Program-made: the position numbers and the translations under genes | The notes under the pieces: generated by a model | What the model saw: only the letters and a program-made list of their open reading frames with translations | Told to the model about the DNA's origin: nothing | Databases searched by the model: none | Part shown: piece after piece, positions 23,137 through 37,622 of the stretch | Position numbering within the stretch: position 1 is the stretch's first letter | How the letters are laid out: the number at the start of each line of letters is the position of its first letter | Origin: the human T2T-CHM13v2.0 reference genome, Homo sapiens | Assembly: GCF_009914755.1 (NCBI RefSeq) | Contig: NC_060925.1 | Reading direction: 5' to 3' (one strand) | DNA: 64,000 bases

Positions 23137-25371
23137 GTAAGCTGCCCCTTTGCTCTGCCTCCCAGCTAGCTGCTAACCGAGGTGACATCTCTTGTGCACT
23201 GTAGAGTGCTTTACATGTGTGAGGGATTAACACTCTTGAGACAAAGACTGATCAGTCTCTGAAGGAAAATACTTTCATCACTCCTATGGGAGTGAGAACC
23301 AGAAACCTGTCCTGGAATGCAACAGGGTTCCCTGGCAGGAGGAGCATGCTGCACATCCTGCTGCAGGGCTCTGCTGTGAGCGGTCCCCCTTTACCAGGAA
23401 TGTAGGGTCTGATCACATAAGCCTGTTGATGAGTCTTTCTAGTCCTCTTCATGTTGAAATGTCTTATTAATAAGCCTGAAAGCAATGACTTATCTAGCTA
23501 GCAATTACGCCTATTTAATACTCGGGAAAAGGAAAATTTAAACAATGTAAAGAAGGATAAATTCTACATCAACTGAAAAAAGCTAGTATGTAGGGAAGAT
23601 GTGATACCTCTCATTTCTCATCTACATAGGACTTGCTCTTTCCCGCGGCCCTCTCAAACCCTGTGCTCTGGATGCTTTCTTCTCAAGACTGCCCCAGGAA
23701 AACATTTTTTTGTGAATCTTCAGTTTTAATACCTCCAAACTTCAATTTGTCTTTTCAGTACTTGGAAAGGGCCACAGTACAAGAGACTGAAGTGTGACCC
23801 CTCCATACCTACCGCCCTCAGTTTGCCACTGGTGCCACCAAGAGGCTGCTTTGGGTTCTGCCATCCCTCTCCCCTCAGAATGTGCCTTGGCCGTCCCATG
23901 GGTCCTAGTGCAGTTTATAAAGCTTTTGTATAGGTTTTATCACAGAAAATTGAGTCAAATGTGATTTAAATTAAATGTGATCACTATATAGTAAGCCACT
24001 AATATCATTTGCTACAAGTCATAGTTGTTGGAATATTACCCATTGAGCATTGATTTCACCTATTTAATGTGTTTTCACTCATACCCTCAAACTTAGGGCA
24101 GGATAGTGTTCACCAGATGAATCTGTTTTTTGGAACTGTTGCTATTATTCTAATCAGGCAACTGATACGTTTTATGGAAAACATCTATTTGGTTAACTGA
24201 TGTCTGAAGTGACAATAATAGTGAGTTGACCTTTGTCCTACAATCTCCTAAAAAGAGCAGCATCTCTACCTGGTGTTAGCTCTGGGGAAAAGGGCATGTT
24301 GCTTCTGTTGAAAGCAGCCTCAAAGGCGTCCTGTGTTTTTATAGTCGCTCCTCTGGCCTGTGCCGGGAAGGTATGGCTGCAGAGCACTGTGAATGAGTTC
24401 ACCTGTCGTCAGGGAACCCCAGGAATGCTGCGGTGCCAGCAATACAGGAATCAGGGATTTGGAGCACTTGGCAAAAGCATGCTAGTGTTCTCAGACGGGT
24501 GAACTAATTTGGAAGACAACAAGTTCATATTACCAGTCTGTCTGTCCCCCCAGTTGAAAATAGTTTCTTTTTCTCCATTTTTTCTTGATGGAAGGGGTGT
24601 CCTTCTGATGGATTTTTCTATCTGGCAGTAAATCTTTGTGTTGGGTCCTCTTTAACTGTGCAGTTCTTTTTATTTCAGACTAATAATAGGGAGAGAGAGA
24701 GAGAGAACGATAACATCTCACTATCTGTGAAAATAACTAAATATAGCCCATTGTTTTAACAAATCTTTCCAGAGTATCTTCTGTGTGTCGAGACCTGTGG
24801 GAAAACGCTTGCTGTCTGGGGGAGAGAGGCATATAAATACATTATTACAGTGAAATCATTGCTATTAAGGAAAAAAACATTACTAGTAATGTGGGAACAC
24901 AAAGCTGCCAGGGTAAGTCAGGAAAGACTGCCTGGAAGAGGTGACATTTGAATCCACAACAGACTCTTATGTAACTATGCCATCCACAGGCTCTCGCACT
25001 AACTGTGGAAGCTTGAGTCTGCTAAATTTTGTCTGTACAAAATGACATTGTTTTTATTTTTAGTAAAAAGCTTTTACAAAGGAAGAGGAGTTAATTGAAT
25101 GTACTTCTTCACTCTCTCTAAAGCATTCTTGCATATACCTCCATATAGCTAAGTGATCAGGGTCAGTTAATTTTTCAGTCATTTTTGAAATAAAATCTAA
25201 AATGCCCTCTGTGCAATATGGAAAAGGTTCTTGACAAGGAAAGTAAATAACTTAAAGAATCTGCTTAAGTGGAATGCTTCTTTCTGTAGGATCCACATTG
25301 GGCTCTTGAAAGAGATTCTGATAAAACCGTTTAATGCATTGTTCACGAGTCTTTTTATTTTTTTTATGAAG

Positions 25372-25462
25372 CTTTTTGCATCGCCATGATGAAGCATTCT
25401 CCACGGAGCCCCTCAAAAACAATGGCAGAGGAAGTCCCCTGGCCTTTTATCATGTGCAGAAT
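25372..25462 (+). CDS. KIF1B: KIF1B exon [31 protein letters not shown]
   Basis: tgaag|CTT ... AAT|gtaagt; 91 nt, phase 2 to 0; AAG-type acceptor. Confidence 0.95.
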
Positions 25463-27651
25463 GTAAGTGACATGGACCTTTTTGCCAAACATATGTTTTT
25501 CTGGTACCTTGGCTTTCTCAGCCCGGGAAGGGTGATAAGAAGAGGTACAAGTCACTGGCTGTGCAGGGGGAGAGTAGACAATAGAGGGCGTGGCTAGAGT
25601 GGTGAGGTCATCCACAGCGGCCTGAGCAGCAAGCCTTCTTGTCTGTGTTACAGTGGGCCTAGTGAATGTGGGTTCGTCTGCCAATAAAATCTTCCATCAG
25701 TTTGAATGCAATGAGTTGTTTTAGTGTTTCTGTCCTAGAAAAATAAGCATGCTTAATAAGAGTTTTATTAAAGTGAATGCATTGTCCTTTAAACCCTAAG
25801 ATACTTATGTTGCTCGATTGCAAATAACATAAAAAATATCAAATACCTTCTGTAGCTAAATTAAGATTTAGATCTGTTTTCCTTGCAACTGATAGTATAA
25901 TTAACACATTAATGCCCTTTACAACTGTATTCCTACGTGGAGTAAGAAAACAGACCCTTCCCTCTCTTACGTGAAATTTCATTCAAACTCTATTCCAAAG
26001 TCATTATCCTCATCACAATAGCTAATATTCACTGAGAGTTTATTTTGTGTTAGTCACTGTTCTGAGAGTTTTTGTGTAATTTAATCTTTACCTTTATACC
26101 ATAGATTAAGATAATCCCTGTGTTAGCTGAGATGACTGAAGCATAGAGCAATTAAAGTCACTCATCAGGCTGGGCGCAGTGGCTCATACCTGTCCCGGCA
26201 CTCTGGGAGGCCGAGGCAGGTGGATCACTTGAGGTCAGGAGTTTGTGACCAGCCTGGCCAACGTGGTGAAATCCCATCTGAGACACGAGAATTGCTTGAA
26301 CCCAGGATGGGGGGGTTGCAGTGAGTTGAGATTGTGCCACTGCACTCCAGCCTGGGCAAGAAAGCGAGACTCCCATCTCAAAAAAAATAAAAAAGTAATA
26401 ATAAAAATAAAGTTACTCATCAGTGTTACAAGAGGCAGAGATAGGACTTAAGCTCAGAGAAATTTAGCTCTGGTATTCAGGATATTCACTACTACATGAA
26501 ACTGTCTCTCATTCTCTTGCTAACCATGTCTGCTCTCTAAAGTAAGAGAGGAAAGGAGAACTTCAAAGATGGAACAAGCAAACACAAAATATGCCATCTT
26601 CTTTTTCATGTTGGTATAAATATAAGCAAGCATGTATCTGATAAACTTTGATCAGCTGCTGTGCACAAGGATTGTGCCTGACAACTGGGGAATGCAGATG
26701 AATCTCAGATGCTCCCAGTGAGCTTCGAATTACGATAGGGGAAATAAAATGCATACATAAACACCAGTCATGCAAAGATGAACATGAGAAAATATTCACT
26801 AAATGCAGTGGGAGTGGAGAAAGGGAAAGTTATTTCTATTAATGGAAAGCTATTTTAAGTTACTTTTTGTTGGGGAGGATAGTTGGGTGGAGAAAGGGGA
26901 TAGGAAGCTCCCTGAAGGATGTAGTATAAGCAAGAAAAGGTGTGTCAAACTTGGCATTGTGCCTGGCACATAGGCCATAGTCAGTACATGCATGGATGTG
27001 CTGGAAGGGCCTTCCAGGCAGGGTTGCAGCCTGGGCCAGTCCTTGGCACAGCTGAGGAGAGAGCAGGTGAAAGGAGCAGCAGGTGAGTGAGTGAGCCAGA
27101 ATAGTAAGTGTGGGAAGGACAACAGGGGCCAAGATCAGTTGAGGCAAAGTATGGAAGATCTTGAATACCTGAAGCTGGGAAAAGTTACTTTAGAATTAAA
27201 AACAACATAGGGGATCCCCTGTTTTTTGTTGCAAGAGTCCTGCATAGTAAAATACCCAGCAGATACTGGACACTCAGCAGCAGTAAAATTGGGCCAGGCA
27301 TAGTGGCTCATGCCTGTAATCCAGCACTTTGGGAGCTGAGGCAGAAGGATCAGTTCAGCACATGAGTTCAAGACCAGTCTGGGAAACATAGTGAGATACT
27401 GTCTCTACAAAAAATTGTTTTAAATTAGCCAGGCATGGTGGTGCATGTCTGTAGTCCTAGCTACTCCGGAGGCTGAGGCAGGAGGATTGCTTGAGCCCGG
27501 GAGGGTGAGGCCGCATGAGCCTTGTTTGCGTGCTACAGAGCAAGACCTTGCCTCAAAAAAAAAAAAAAAACCCAAAATACGTACTAAAGTTCTGATTGAA
27601 GCAAAAATGTGTATTTTCTTGTAATCTTTTCCTAATCTTGCTTGGCTTTAG

Positions 27652-27770
27652 ATTGCAGTGGAGATCACTGAATCATTTGTGGATTACATCAAAACCAAGC
27701 CTATTGTATTTGAAGTCTTTGGGCATTATCAGCAGCACCCACTTCATCTGCAAGGACAGGAGCTTAACAG
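27652..27770 (+). CDS. KIF1B: KIF1B exon IAVEITESFVDYIKTKPIVFEVFGHYQQHP...ELN
   Basis: tttag|ATT ... CAG|gtttgg; 119 nt, phase 0 to 2. Confidence 0.95.
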
Positions 27771-28349
27771 GTTTGGACCAGATAAGCAAACATTTTTGAT
27801 GGTATTGTTTTGATTTTTAGTTTCTCAATTGCTGGAAAGGAAGAAATCTTTTGAGGGATTAAGATAACTAAATAAGTATTCTATATTACCCTGTTTCCTC
27901 TTTAGAAACTTCACTATCATCTTATAGCCACCTAATCACTGATTTTAGATAGAGCAAATTAAATTTTGACCAGGTGACCTCAAATACCATCTTTTTGTAG
28001 GAAGAGACTTTGAATATGGTAGAAATTTGAGGTAATAGGAATATAACATGAAAATTGTTAAAAATTGTTCCTAATGCCCACAGCTTTATGAAACAGAAGC
28101 TCTAAGTACAGTCATCACAACTGCTGAGGAAAGCAACAGTGGGCCTTTCTGATGATGGCAGAGTGTTGGTGTTGGCAGAAGAATTTTTTTATTTATTAGC
28201 TAAGACTTAGAGGGAGACATTTTTTAAATGAGATTTAGCCTGTTTCACTATCTAGGATTATCTCTATTATCTGGTATTATGCCAGAGTTGAAAATGGAAA
28301 AGTCTGCTTCCTTAAAGGGAATTAAAACATGCTATTGATACCAACATCC

Positions 28350-28808
28350 AACTCTTTGTAGTCTTTTTCTTTCTCTTGAAAAAATGGGGTTTATTGATTT
28401 CTACACTGCAAATAGTCATTACAAAAAGTTTTTTTTCTTTTAAATAAATTCACACAAAGAGAATTAGAAAGCGATGGTAATGACCAGCAAGAGGAATAAT
28501 AATTACGTTCATCTTAATGTCTGTGTGCCAGTTCTGTTTACGTTAATGTTGGAAAACTCCAACTTGGAATCCAGAACTTCAAATCTGCAAATAGAATGTC
28601 TTGAGATAGGCACGTGGAAGTCAAACAGTTTCTCTCTTTTTCCCTGCTTTCAGAAGCTATACATAAAATGTTGTTGCCTTCTGTACTGTCACAGAACTTT
28701 TACGTACATTCTCACTCCTACTTGTGAAACCCCTAAAGAGAAGGAAATTCAATTTGCAGTCCAGCACAAAGGGGAGAATTTCTAAAATAAATAACTCTTT
28801 ATAGTCTT
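28350..28808 (-). pseudogene. 5'-truncated processed retrocopy (3'-UTR fragment) with 16-bp TSDs
   Basis: TSDs aactctttgtagtctt (28350-28365) and aactctttatagtctt (28793-28808); decayed poly(A) at 28364-28377; minus-strand AATAAA at 28390-28395. Confidence 0.7.
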
Positions 28809-28833
28809 GATCTTTGTCTTCCTTTCTTTGCAG

Positions 28834-28889
28834 TCCGCCTCAGCCGTGCCGCCGATTCTTCCCTCCACCCATGCCACTGTCCAAGCCAG
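28834..28889 (+). CDS. KIF1B: KIF1B exon SPPQPCRRFFPPPMPLSKP
   Basis: tgcag|TCC ... CAG|gtgagc; 56 nt, phase 2 to 1. Confidence 0.95.
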
Positions 28890-29032
28890 GTGAGCACTCG
28901 CTCCGCTTTTTGCATGATGATCTCTTTGTGAATACATGTCTTATTCTGAATGACTTTTCAAATAGAAGTCATGTTTGAATTCCTATTCTTCTATATATCC
29001 ACATGTATTCCTGCTCCTCTTGTATGTATCTA

Positions 29033-29137
<105 letters not shown>

Positions 29138-29158
29138 TCACCTGAGGTCAGGAGTTCA

Positions 29159-29428
<270 letters not shown>

Positions 29429-29691
29429 TTATCTACAAACTCTCTGGTCTTCTATTTGCAGATTTTGATAATCACTCTGTTCCTAAATCTTTCTGCTTTG
29501 CATGTAACTTCCCATAACTGTCAGGGGACTAGGCATTTCTTTGCATAGTAAATTTATTCTGTATGTTCAGTGATCTTGTTTTGATTTTTCTTTATTTCTG
29601 TCCTTTTTCCTCATTGCCTATTCGCCAAATTCCCACCCCACCCTGTGCTCACTCTCCACCCTCTGTATTCCCCATCTTCATCTGCCTTCAG

Positions 29692-29892
29692 ACCATGAGA
29701 GAAAGATTGAGCTGATTCGGTTTCTCGTGTCTGGCTATGTGAATGTGCATATGTTGGACACATTTTCTGAGCACGCCAGTGTGCTTGCATCCTCCGCTAT
29801 TGCCACCTTCCAGGATGAGGCTGACCCATTGCCGCCTTTTCTCTTTCTGCCAGTTCCCAGCTGCCAGAGCGAGAGGGTACCCAAACGAGATG
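29692..29892 (+). CDS. KIF1B: Candidate in-frame cassette exon of KIF1B (67 aa, DHERKIELIRF...ERVPKRD), not in the canonical chain
   Basis: ccttcag|ACC ... GATG|gttagt; 201 nt, phase 1 to 1 matching the host intron. Open only in the KIF1B frame. About 120-nt AG-free pyrimidine tract upstream. Confidence 0.55.
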
Positions 29893-30846
29893 GTTAGTAG
29901 CTGAATTAGCTCCACCTTAGATGTAGAACCATCCTCAGGCGCTTGTCCTGAAGCCTGGCTCTCTGCATATGAAACACTGACATTTCCCTTTGCAACTTGA
30001 GCTGAATGTAGAGCTCAGCACATTTTCAAGGTTGTATCACATTTTCTTCCTAGAGATTTGGGAAGCAGCTTCTCTACATGTGCCTCTTTCACATCACCAT
30101 CGCAGTGGGGGAGGCCTTTGCATTTGTTTTTATGGATTCTTTGCAATAGTATTTTTAATTTTGAAGATTTTACTAGTAGTTGGTTTGTTAGAATACTTCT
30201 GGTTTTGCTTTCTGACCCTTAGATGACTGCCAGGATCACTTACCCTATTTTCTTTCTGACTAGCATCACCAACTCATGTGAAACTCAGCTGGGCTGAATA
30301 CTGCTGATAGGGTACACGTGTGAATAGTGCTAAATGATTCATAAAGCTCCTTTATGTACATTATGTTAGTGGATCTTCATGATTGCTTTTCAAGATAGTA
30401 GGCTAAATATTAGGGTCTACAGTTTATAAATGAGGAGACAGACTCCCAGAGGTTAAGCAGCTTAACTAAAGTCACATAGCATCAGTACAGTTAAGAATAT
30501 GGAGTTTAAATCTGGCCGGGTATGGTGGCTCGCACCTGTAATCCCAGCATTTGGGAGGCTGAGTCGGACAGATTGCTTGAGCTCAGGAGTTAGAGACCAG
30601 CCTGGGCAACATGGCGAAACCCTGTCTCTACAAAAAAATGCAAAAATTAGCCGGGCGCGGTGGTGCACGCCTTTGGTCTCAGCTACTCAGGAAGCTGAGG
30701 TGGGAGGATGGTTTGAGCCCAGAGGGCAGAGGTTGCAGTGAGCCGAGATCACGCCATAAAAAAGAAAAAAAAGCATATGGAATTTAAATCTGAAGAAAAT
30801 GTGTGACATAAGATCATTTACAGAATCCTGTATTTATAAATGATAC

Positions 30847-31020
30847 CAGTAGTTGGTTTCCAACTTTGTCCTCACATTGGTATCACCTGGGAAACTTTAC
30901 CCCTCATGGAGGAAGAACTTTGTCTTTCCCTTAGAGATTGTGATTTAATTGATCTGGGATGTGTCCTGGACTTTAAGGTCCCCAGGTGCTCCTATGTGCA
31001 GGGAGGTTTGGGAACCACTG
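30847..31020. mobile_element. MER5-like hAT element
   Basis: atcacctggg..gattgtgatttaattgatctggg..ccaggtg..tttgggaaccactg. Confidence 0.6.
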
Positions 31021-31446
31021 GGGTGGAGGATGGGTCTTTTCTTCAGGACATCAGCTTTGATTGAGCCCCTGTGACGTGAGGCTTTCCAAGCATTGTCTCT
31101 CCCACGTTAGTCCCATGCTTTACGTGTCACACAATCTGAGATTCTGGAATTGGAAGGTTTCATGAGCACATTTATTCTACACAAAAGCTGTTTTCTCATC
31201 ATTAGAGACAGTTTGTTGAGAAAAAAGATACTGATTTCTTTATTTTCCTTGTTCTCTGAATGTAGAGATAACTAATAACTTACAAAGTTTATATTGGTGT
31301 TTCTCTGGGTCTTTTGCATTGAAATCTTTCCTCTGACTCTTGCTGCCTTTCCCAAGTATGTCTTTAAAGACTGACATTAGAGAAGCTTGTATTTTTGCTG
31401 AGTAGTCTTGGACCAGATTTTGACATACTCTAAAAACTTTTAAAAG

Positions 31447-31555
31447 TTCCAGCCACCAAGTTAAACACGATGAGCAAAACCAGCCTTGGCCAGAGCATGA
31501 GCAAGTATGACCTCCTGGTTTGGTTTGAGATCAGTGAACTGGAGCCTACAGGAGA
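31447..31555 (+). CDS. KIF1B: KIF1B exon [11 protein letters not shown]...[16 protein letters not shown]
   Basis: taaaag|TTC ... AGA|gtaagt; 109 nt, phase 1 to 2. Confidence 0.94.
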
Positions 31556-31900
31556 GTAAGTCCAACTTAATAAATTTTTAAATAAGGCAAAATGTTTCAA
31601 ATTAGGAAATGCAATTTTGAATCTTCTTGTATTTGGGTTCATGAATCATTGTCACTGTCAAATTCCAGGGATGGTTTTGTTTTTGTTTTTGTTTTAATAG
31701 AGATGCAGTCTTGTTATGTTGACCAGGTTGGTCTTGACCACTCCTGGCCTCAAGCAGTCCTCCTGCTTCGACCTCCCAAAGTGCTGAGATTACAGGCATG
31801 AGCCACCACACCTGGCCGAATTCCAGTTTTGAATTGATTTTTGGTGGTCTTGGTATTTGAATCAGATGTTTATCAGAGAACTGACTGTTGAGCATAATAA

Positions 31901-32291
<391 letters not shown>

Positions 32292-32402
32292 TAATGGGTT
32301 TTATTAGTAGTAAAGCAAAAGGAGCATATTGCATAGAATATGGTAAAGACTTACATTACTGATGTCAAGGAGGACATAGAAGGGCAGAATATTTTCCTAG
32401 AC

Positions 32403-32608
32403 CAGGGTTTCTCAACCTCAGCACTATTTGGGGCTGGATAATTCTCTGTTGTGAGGGGCTGTCCTGTGCATTTAGAATATTTTGCAGCATCCTTGGCCCC
32501 TACCCACAAGATGCCAGTAGCAGCTCCACTCTATTTGTGACAACCAAAAATGTCTTCAGACATTGCCAAATATCCCCCAGGGAGGGCATCCTCAGTTGAG
32601 AACCACTG
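32403..32608. mobile_element. MER20-like hAT DNA transposon with 8-bp TSD
   Basis: Terminal inverted repeats caggg-tttctcaac / gttgagaaccactg; TSD tcctagac / tcctagat; internal gtgacaaccaaaaatgtc..cagacattgccaaat. Confidence 0.85.
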
Positions 32609-33362
32609 TCCTAGATCAAAGTGATACCATCAGCTTACTCTGTCTCGATGAGCTGAGTTAGAGTAAGTGATTAATGTAATTGTTGTGTATAATCATCTCT
32701 AAAATGCTTTTGGAAAAACACAAATGAAAGAGATCTTACTCTTAGGACAGAGGCAAGGGGCTGTATCAGTTAATATAAAGGGTAGGAGTAAATGTTATCC
32801 TAATGTTCTCCTATATGTAATTCTGAGAACCACCATCATGGTCATCATTGGGAAACACTTATTAAGTTCCTACTATGTGTAGGATACTGTGTTAAGTGTG
32901 GTATGTAGTTGTTAGTAGTGACAGTGCTTTGAGGAATTTGACTTTTCATAGACAGACTTATGATGTGATTACAAGTTGCATTATGAGGGAGAGGTAGTTA
33001 CAGTAATTGTTTCTACTGAATTAATTGCTTTCTGAATCTTAAAAAAAACTATAGTCTGAAATTATCTGTGTTTCTTATCTCCTGTCAATTGCCATTGCAC
33101 TTCTACATTATTTATTGAATACTTAATATCAAGGGGCTGGATGCAACCAAAAGATGTTACTGTCCTTTGACTACTCAAGTCTAGAGAGGATTGAGACATA
33201 GATGTGTGGAAAGGATGAGTAAATGCAAATGACTGTATGATTAAATGCCAGCATGGGTGAGAAAGACATGGGATCAGAATTTATCAAAACAAAGACCACC
33301 AGGGGCTAAGCCTTGCAGATGAAGTAGCACTTAGTTTTTTCTTTTGCGTTTCTATTTTTTAG

Positions 33363-33429
33363 GTATATCCCAGCTGTGGTTGACCACACAGCAGGCTTGC
33401 CTTGCCAGGGGACATTTTTGCTTCATCAG
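33363..33429 (+). CDS. KIF1B: KIF1B exon [23 protein letters not shown]
   Basis: tttag|GTA ... CAG|gtacta; 67 nt, phase 2 to 0. Confidence 0.95.
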
Positions 33430-34250
33430 GTACTAATGAGGGACCAAAACAGGCATCGGAGGGAACACTGAAAAGAATTTAGAATAAGAGACGGAATTCT
33501 TTCTTATTCTCTGTTTTCATCTCTATTTCAGAGGGTGGGCGGGGCATTGTCCTGTTGTCATTTTTTTTTTTTTCTGTGTCTGTCTGTAGATATTTCTTCC
33601 TCAGACCTTGGCTTATATTTATCCTTGCTTTTATATGTATTTAGAATAGCTATTTTGAAAAATATTTTGTTTCATTCAATTACTCTAATTTGTGTAGCTC
33701 CTATGTCACTTTTAATACTTTTCATTTCGTGATGTTTGGAAGCTCTGTGCTTTCACACCAGAAGTTCTTAATAGGAATAGAGGATGAAGGTTTCAATGGA
33801 CTAAAAATCTGGTTATGAAACATAGGTCCGCTTTTGGTAAATCAAAAGTAGGTTCAGTCAGTGTTCAAAAGTACTTAAGACCCAAGTGGGCATAGGGGCT
33901 AGGGATACCATACATTTGGGACATACAATCAGGGCATGGTTGAATACTTATTATACAAGGGGCTGGGATGCAGCCACATAATCTCCTGTGACAGATTATG
34001 GTTATTCTTAAAACCATAGAGAAAAAGAATTTTTTAAAAAAGAAAAGAAAACCATATCAGAACCTGACTGTTCCTTAGTCCCTGACACATCTCCCTTTGT
34101 TTTGAATAACAATGTGGATAGCATTTTCCGTCTTTCCACACCTCTCCTTCCTGCTCATCCCCCATGCCATGCCATACAGGCCAGAAAACAGTAGACGAGA
34201 GGAGATAATAGATTGCTTCAGCTAAATTGCAACCCTGCTTCATTACCTAG

Positions 34251-34335
34251 GGCATCCAGCGAAGGATCACAGTGACCATTATCCATGAGAAGGGGAGCGA
34301 GCTCCATTGGAAAGATGTTCGTGAACTGGTGGTAG
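34251..34335 (+). CDS. KIF1B: KIF1B exon [28 protein letters not shown]
   Basis: cctag|GGC ... TAG|gtgagt; 85 nt, phase 0 to 1. Confidence 0.96.
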
Positions 34336-34778
34336 GTGAGTACGTTTCATCAGCCAAGGATAGAACCAGGACTTACAGAGATTTTTTTTTTTTTTTGAGA
34401 TAGGGTCTTGCTCTGTCACCCAGGCTGGAGTACAGTGATGAGATCATAGCTCCCTGTAGCCTCAAACTCCTGGGCTCAAGCAATCCTCCTGCCTCAGGTT
34501 CCCGAGTAGCTGGGACCACAAGTGTGAGGCACTGTGCCCTGTTAGAGATGTTATTCTTCCCTGTTTGCGGTACATGGAATGTGTAGAAGACCATATTCGG
34601 AAACACAGACTATGGAGATGCAGAGGCCTTGAGTTTGAAACTCTGTATTCCTGTTTCTTCGCTCTGTCATTAGTGATATGTTATCCAACTAACTAACTCA
34701 GTTACCAGGGAATGGTTCTGTGGTAGAGTCTGTGAGAGGGCATAAAAGAAATCTCTGCTGGCTGGGTGTGGTGGCTCA

Positions 34779-35084
<306 letters not shown>

Positions 35085-35674
35085 TTAGTTAGGGAGACAG
35101 CATATATATGTGCAGAATGCTTTGATGAATAAATACCAAAATGAGGACAAAGGAAAATCTGTGCTAAGAGAGTTAACAGTGAAAACAAGCCAGGAGGACT
35201 GAATAGATTCAAGAAAAATTAGAGGGTTTTTTTTTTTTTTCCAGACACAAGCATTTTGAGTAAGAGAGTCAGGAATATGTCTAACATGCAAATGACAAGA
35301 AACCCCATGGCCAGAGTGGAGAAAGTAAATTAAGGAGTATTGGCTAGATAGTGTAAACTTTAGAATGACAGTCCGAGGCAAGAGTTTGGAACTTTTGTTG
35401 CCATGGACCTCTTTGGCAGTAACGAAGCCTTAGAATTATGTTTTCAAATGTGAGAAATAAAGTATTTAGGATTACAAAGGAAACCGATAATATTGAAATA
35501 CAGTTGTTAAAACATTAAGCTCTTCTTTACTGATGCATGAAATAACAAGATTTAGCAGTTATTCTAATTACCATAATTTCCAAGTAGTGATCAATGAAAA
35601 AGATATCTTGTGTCCAGGCACGGTGGCTCACGCCTGTAATCCCAGCACTTTAGGAGGCTGAGATGGGCGGATCA

Positions 35675-35863
<189 letters not shown>

Positions 35864-35943
35864 TTAAAAATAAATAAATAGGCCGGGCGTGGTGGCTCAT
35901 GCCTGTAATCCCAGCACTTTGGGAGGCCAAGATGGGCGGATCA

Positions 35944-36263
<320 letters not shown>

Positions 36264-37285
36264 TTATTGCCTTCCTTTGTGATTGAAGGAGATGCCAATT
36301 TTTAGTTAAAGGTTTGTGAAAATAAAGATGTAATTTTTTTCCCCATCCAAGCTCAAGGACCCTCTGAATTCTGTCCACAGAGTGCTTGTGTCTCTCTGGA
36401 CCAGATTAAGAACCTTGGGGCCAGGCACAGTGGCTCACGCCTGTAATCCCAGCACTTTGGGAGGCCAAGGCAGGCGGATCACTTAAGTTCAGGAGTTTGA
36501 GACTATCCTAGACAACATGGCAAAACCCTGTCTCTCTACAAATAAGCTGGGTGTGGTGGCTCATGCCTATAGTCTCAACTACTCAGGAGGCTGAGGCTGG
36601 AAGCTTGCTTGAACCTGAGAAGTCGAGGCTGCAGTGAACCATGATCATGCCACTGCATGACAGAACAAGACCCTGTCAAAAAAAAAAAAAAAAAAAGAAT
36701 CGTTGGAAGGGAGATTATGTTCTCTCTTGTCTGGGGCAGCAGTGGTAGTAGCTTTTCAATATTTTTCATAATAAATTTTTCTTTTTTTAATTTAGTTTTT
36801 TTTTTAACTTTATTTACAAAGTACTGAATGTCCTTTGACAAAATAATGTTTATATGGAACCCTAATACCGAAACAGAAGAGATGCTTTCTGACCAGAGAA
36901 GGAGAGGGAGGATGCAGAGGCAGCAGTTACTATGGCTTCTCTGAAGGATCCTATGATATATTTTTAGTTTGTTTTATTAACAAACTCTGATGTAGTATTT
37001 ACCACATGCCAGGTGCTTTTCTGAATGCTCCAAAAATACTAGTTTGTTTAATCCTCATAGCAACCATATATGGAAGGAATTGTTATTCTCGCTTGACATA
37101 TGAGGGAACTGAGGCTCAGAGAGGTTGAGCCTTAGGCTCAAAGCCTCACAGGTGGTAGGAGTTGGAACCCAGGCAGTCCAGCACTGGAGGCCAAGTCCTT
37201 AACGTCTATGCAATGCTGCATCCGCTAGTGTTAACTTGAAAACAGAGTGTAGGATTTTGAGCAAGAAAGGGGTGTAATAAAGTCA

Positions 37286-37453
<168 letters not shown>

Positions 37454-37622
37454 CTAAAGTCCCAGTTACTCAGGTGGCTTAGGTGGGAGGATCACTTCAG
37501 CCCAGGAATTCAAGGCTGCAGTGAGCTATGATCAAACCACTGCTCTCCAGCCTGGGAGACAGACCAAGACATTGTTTCAAAAAAAAAAACACAAAAAAAC
37601 AAGAAACTGTCAGTCAGTGGCT

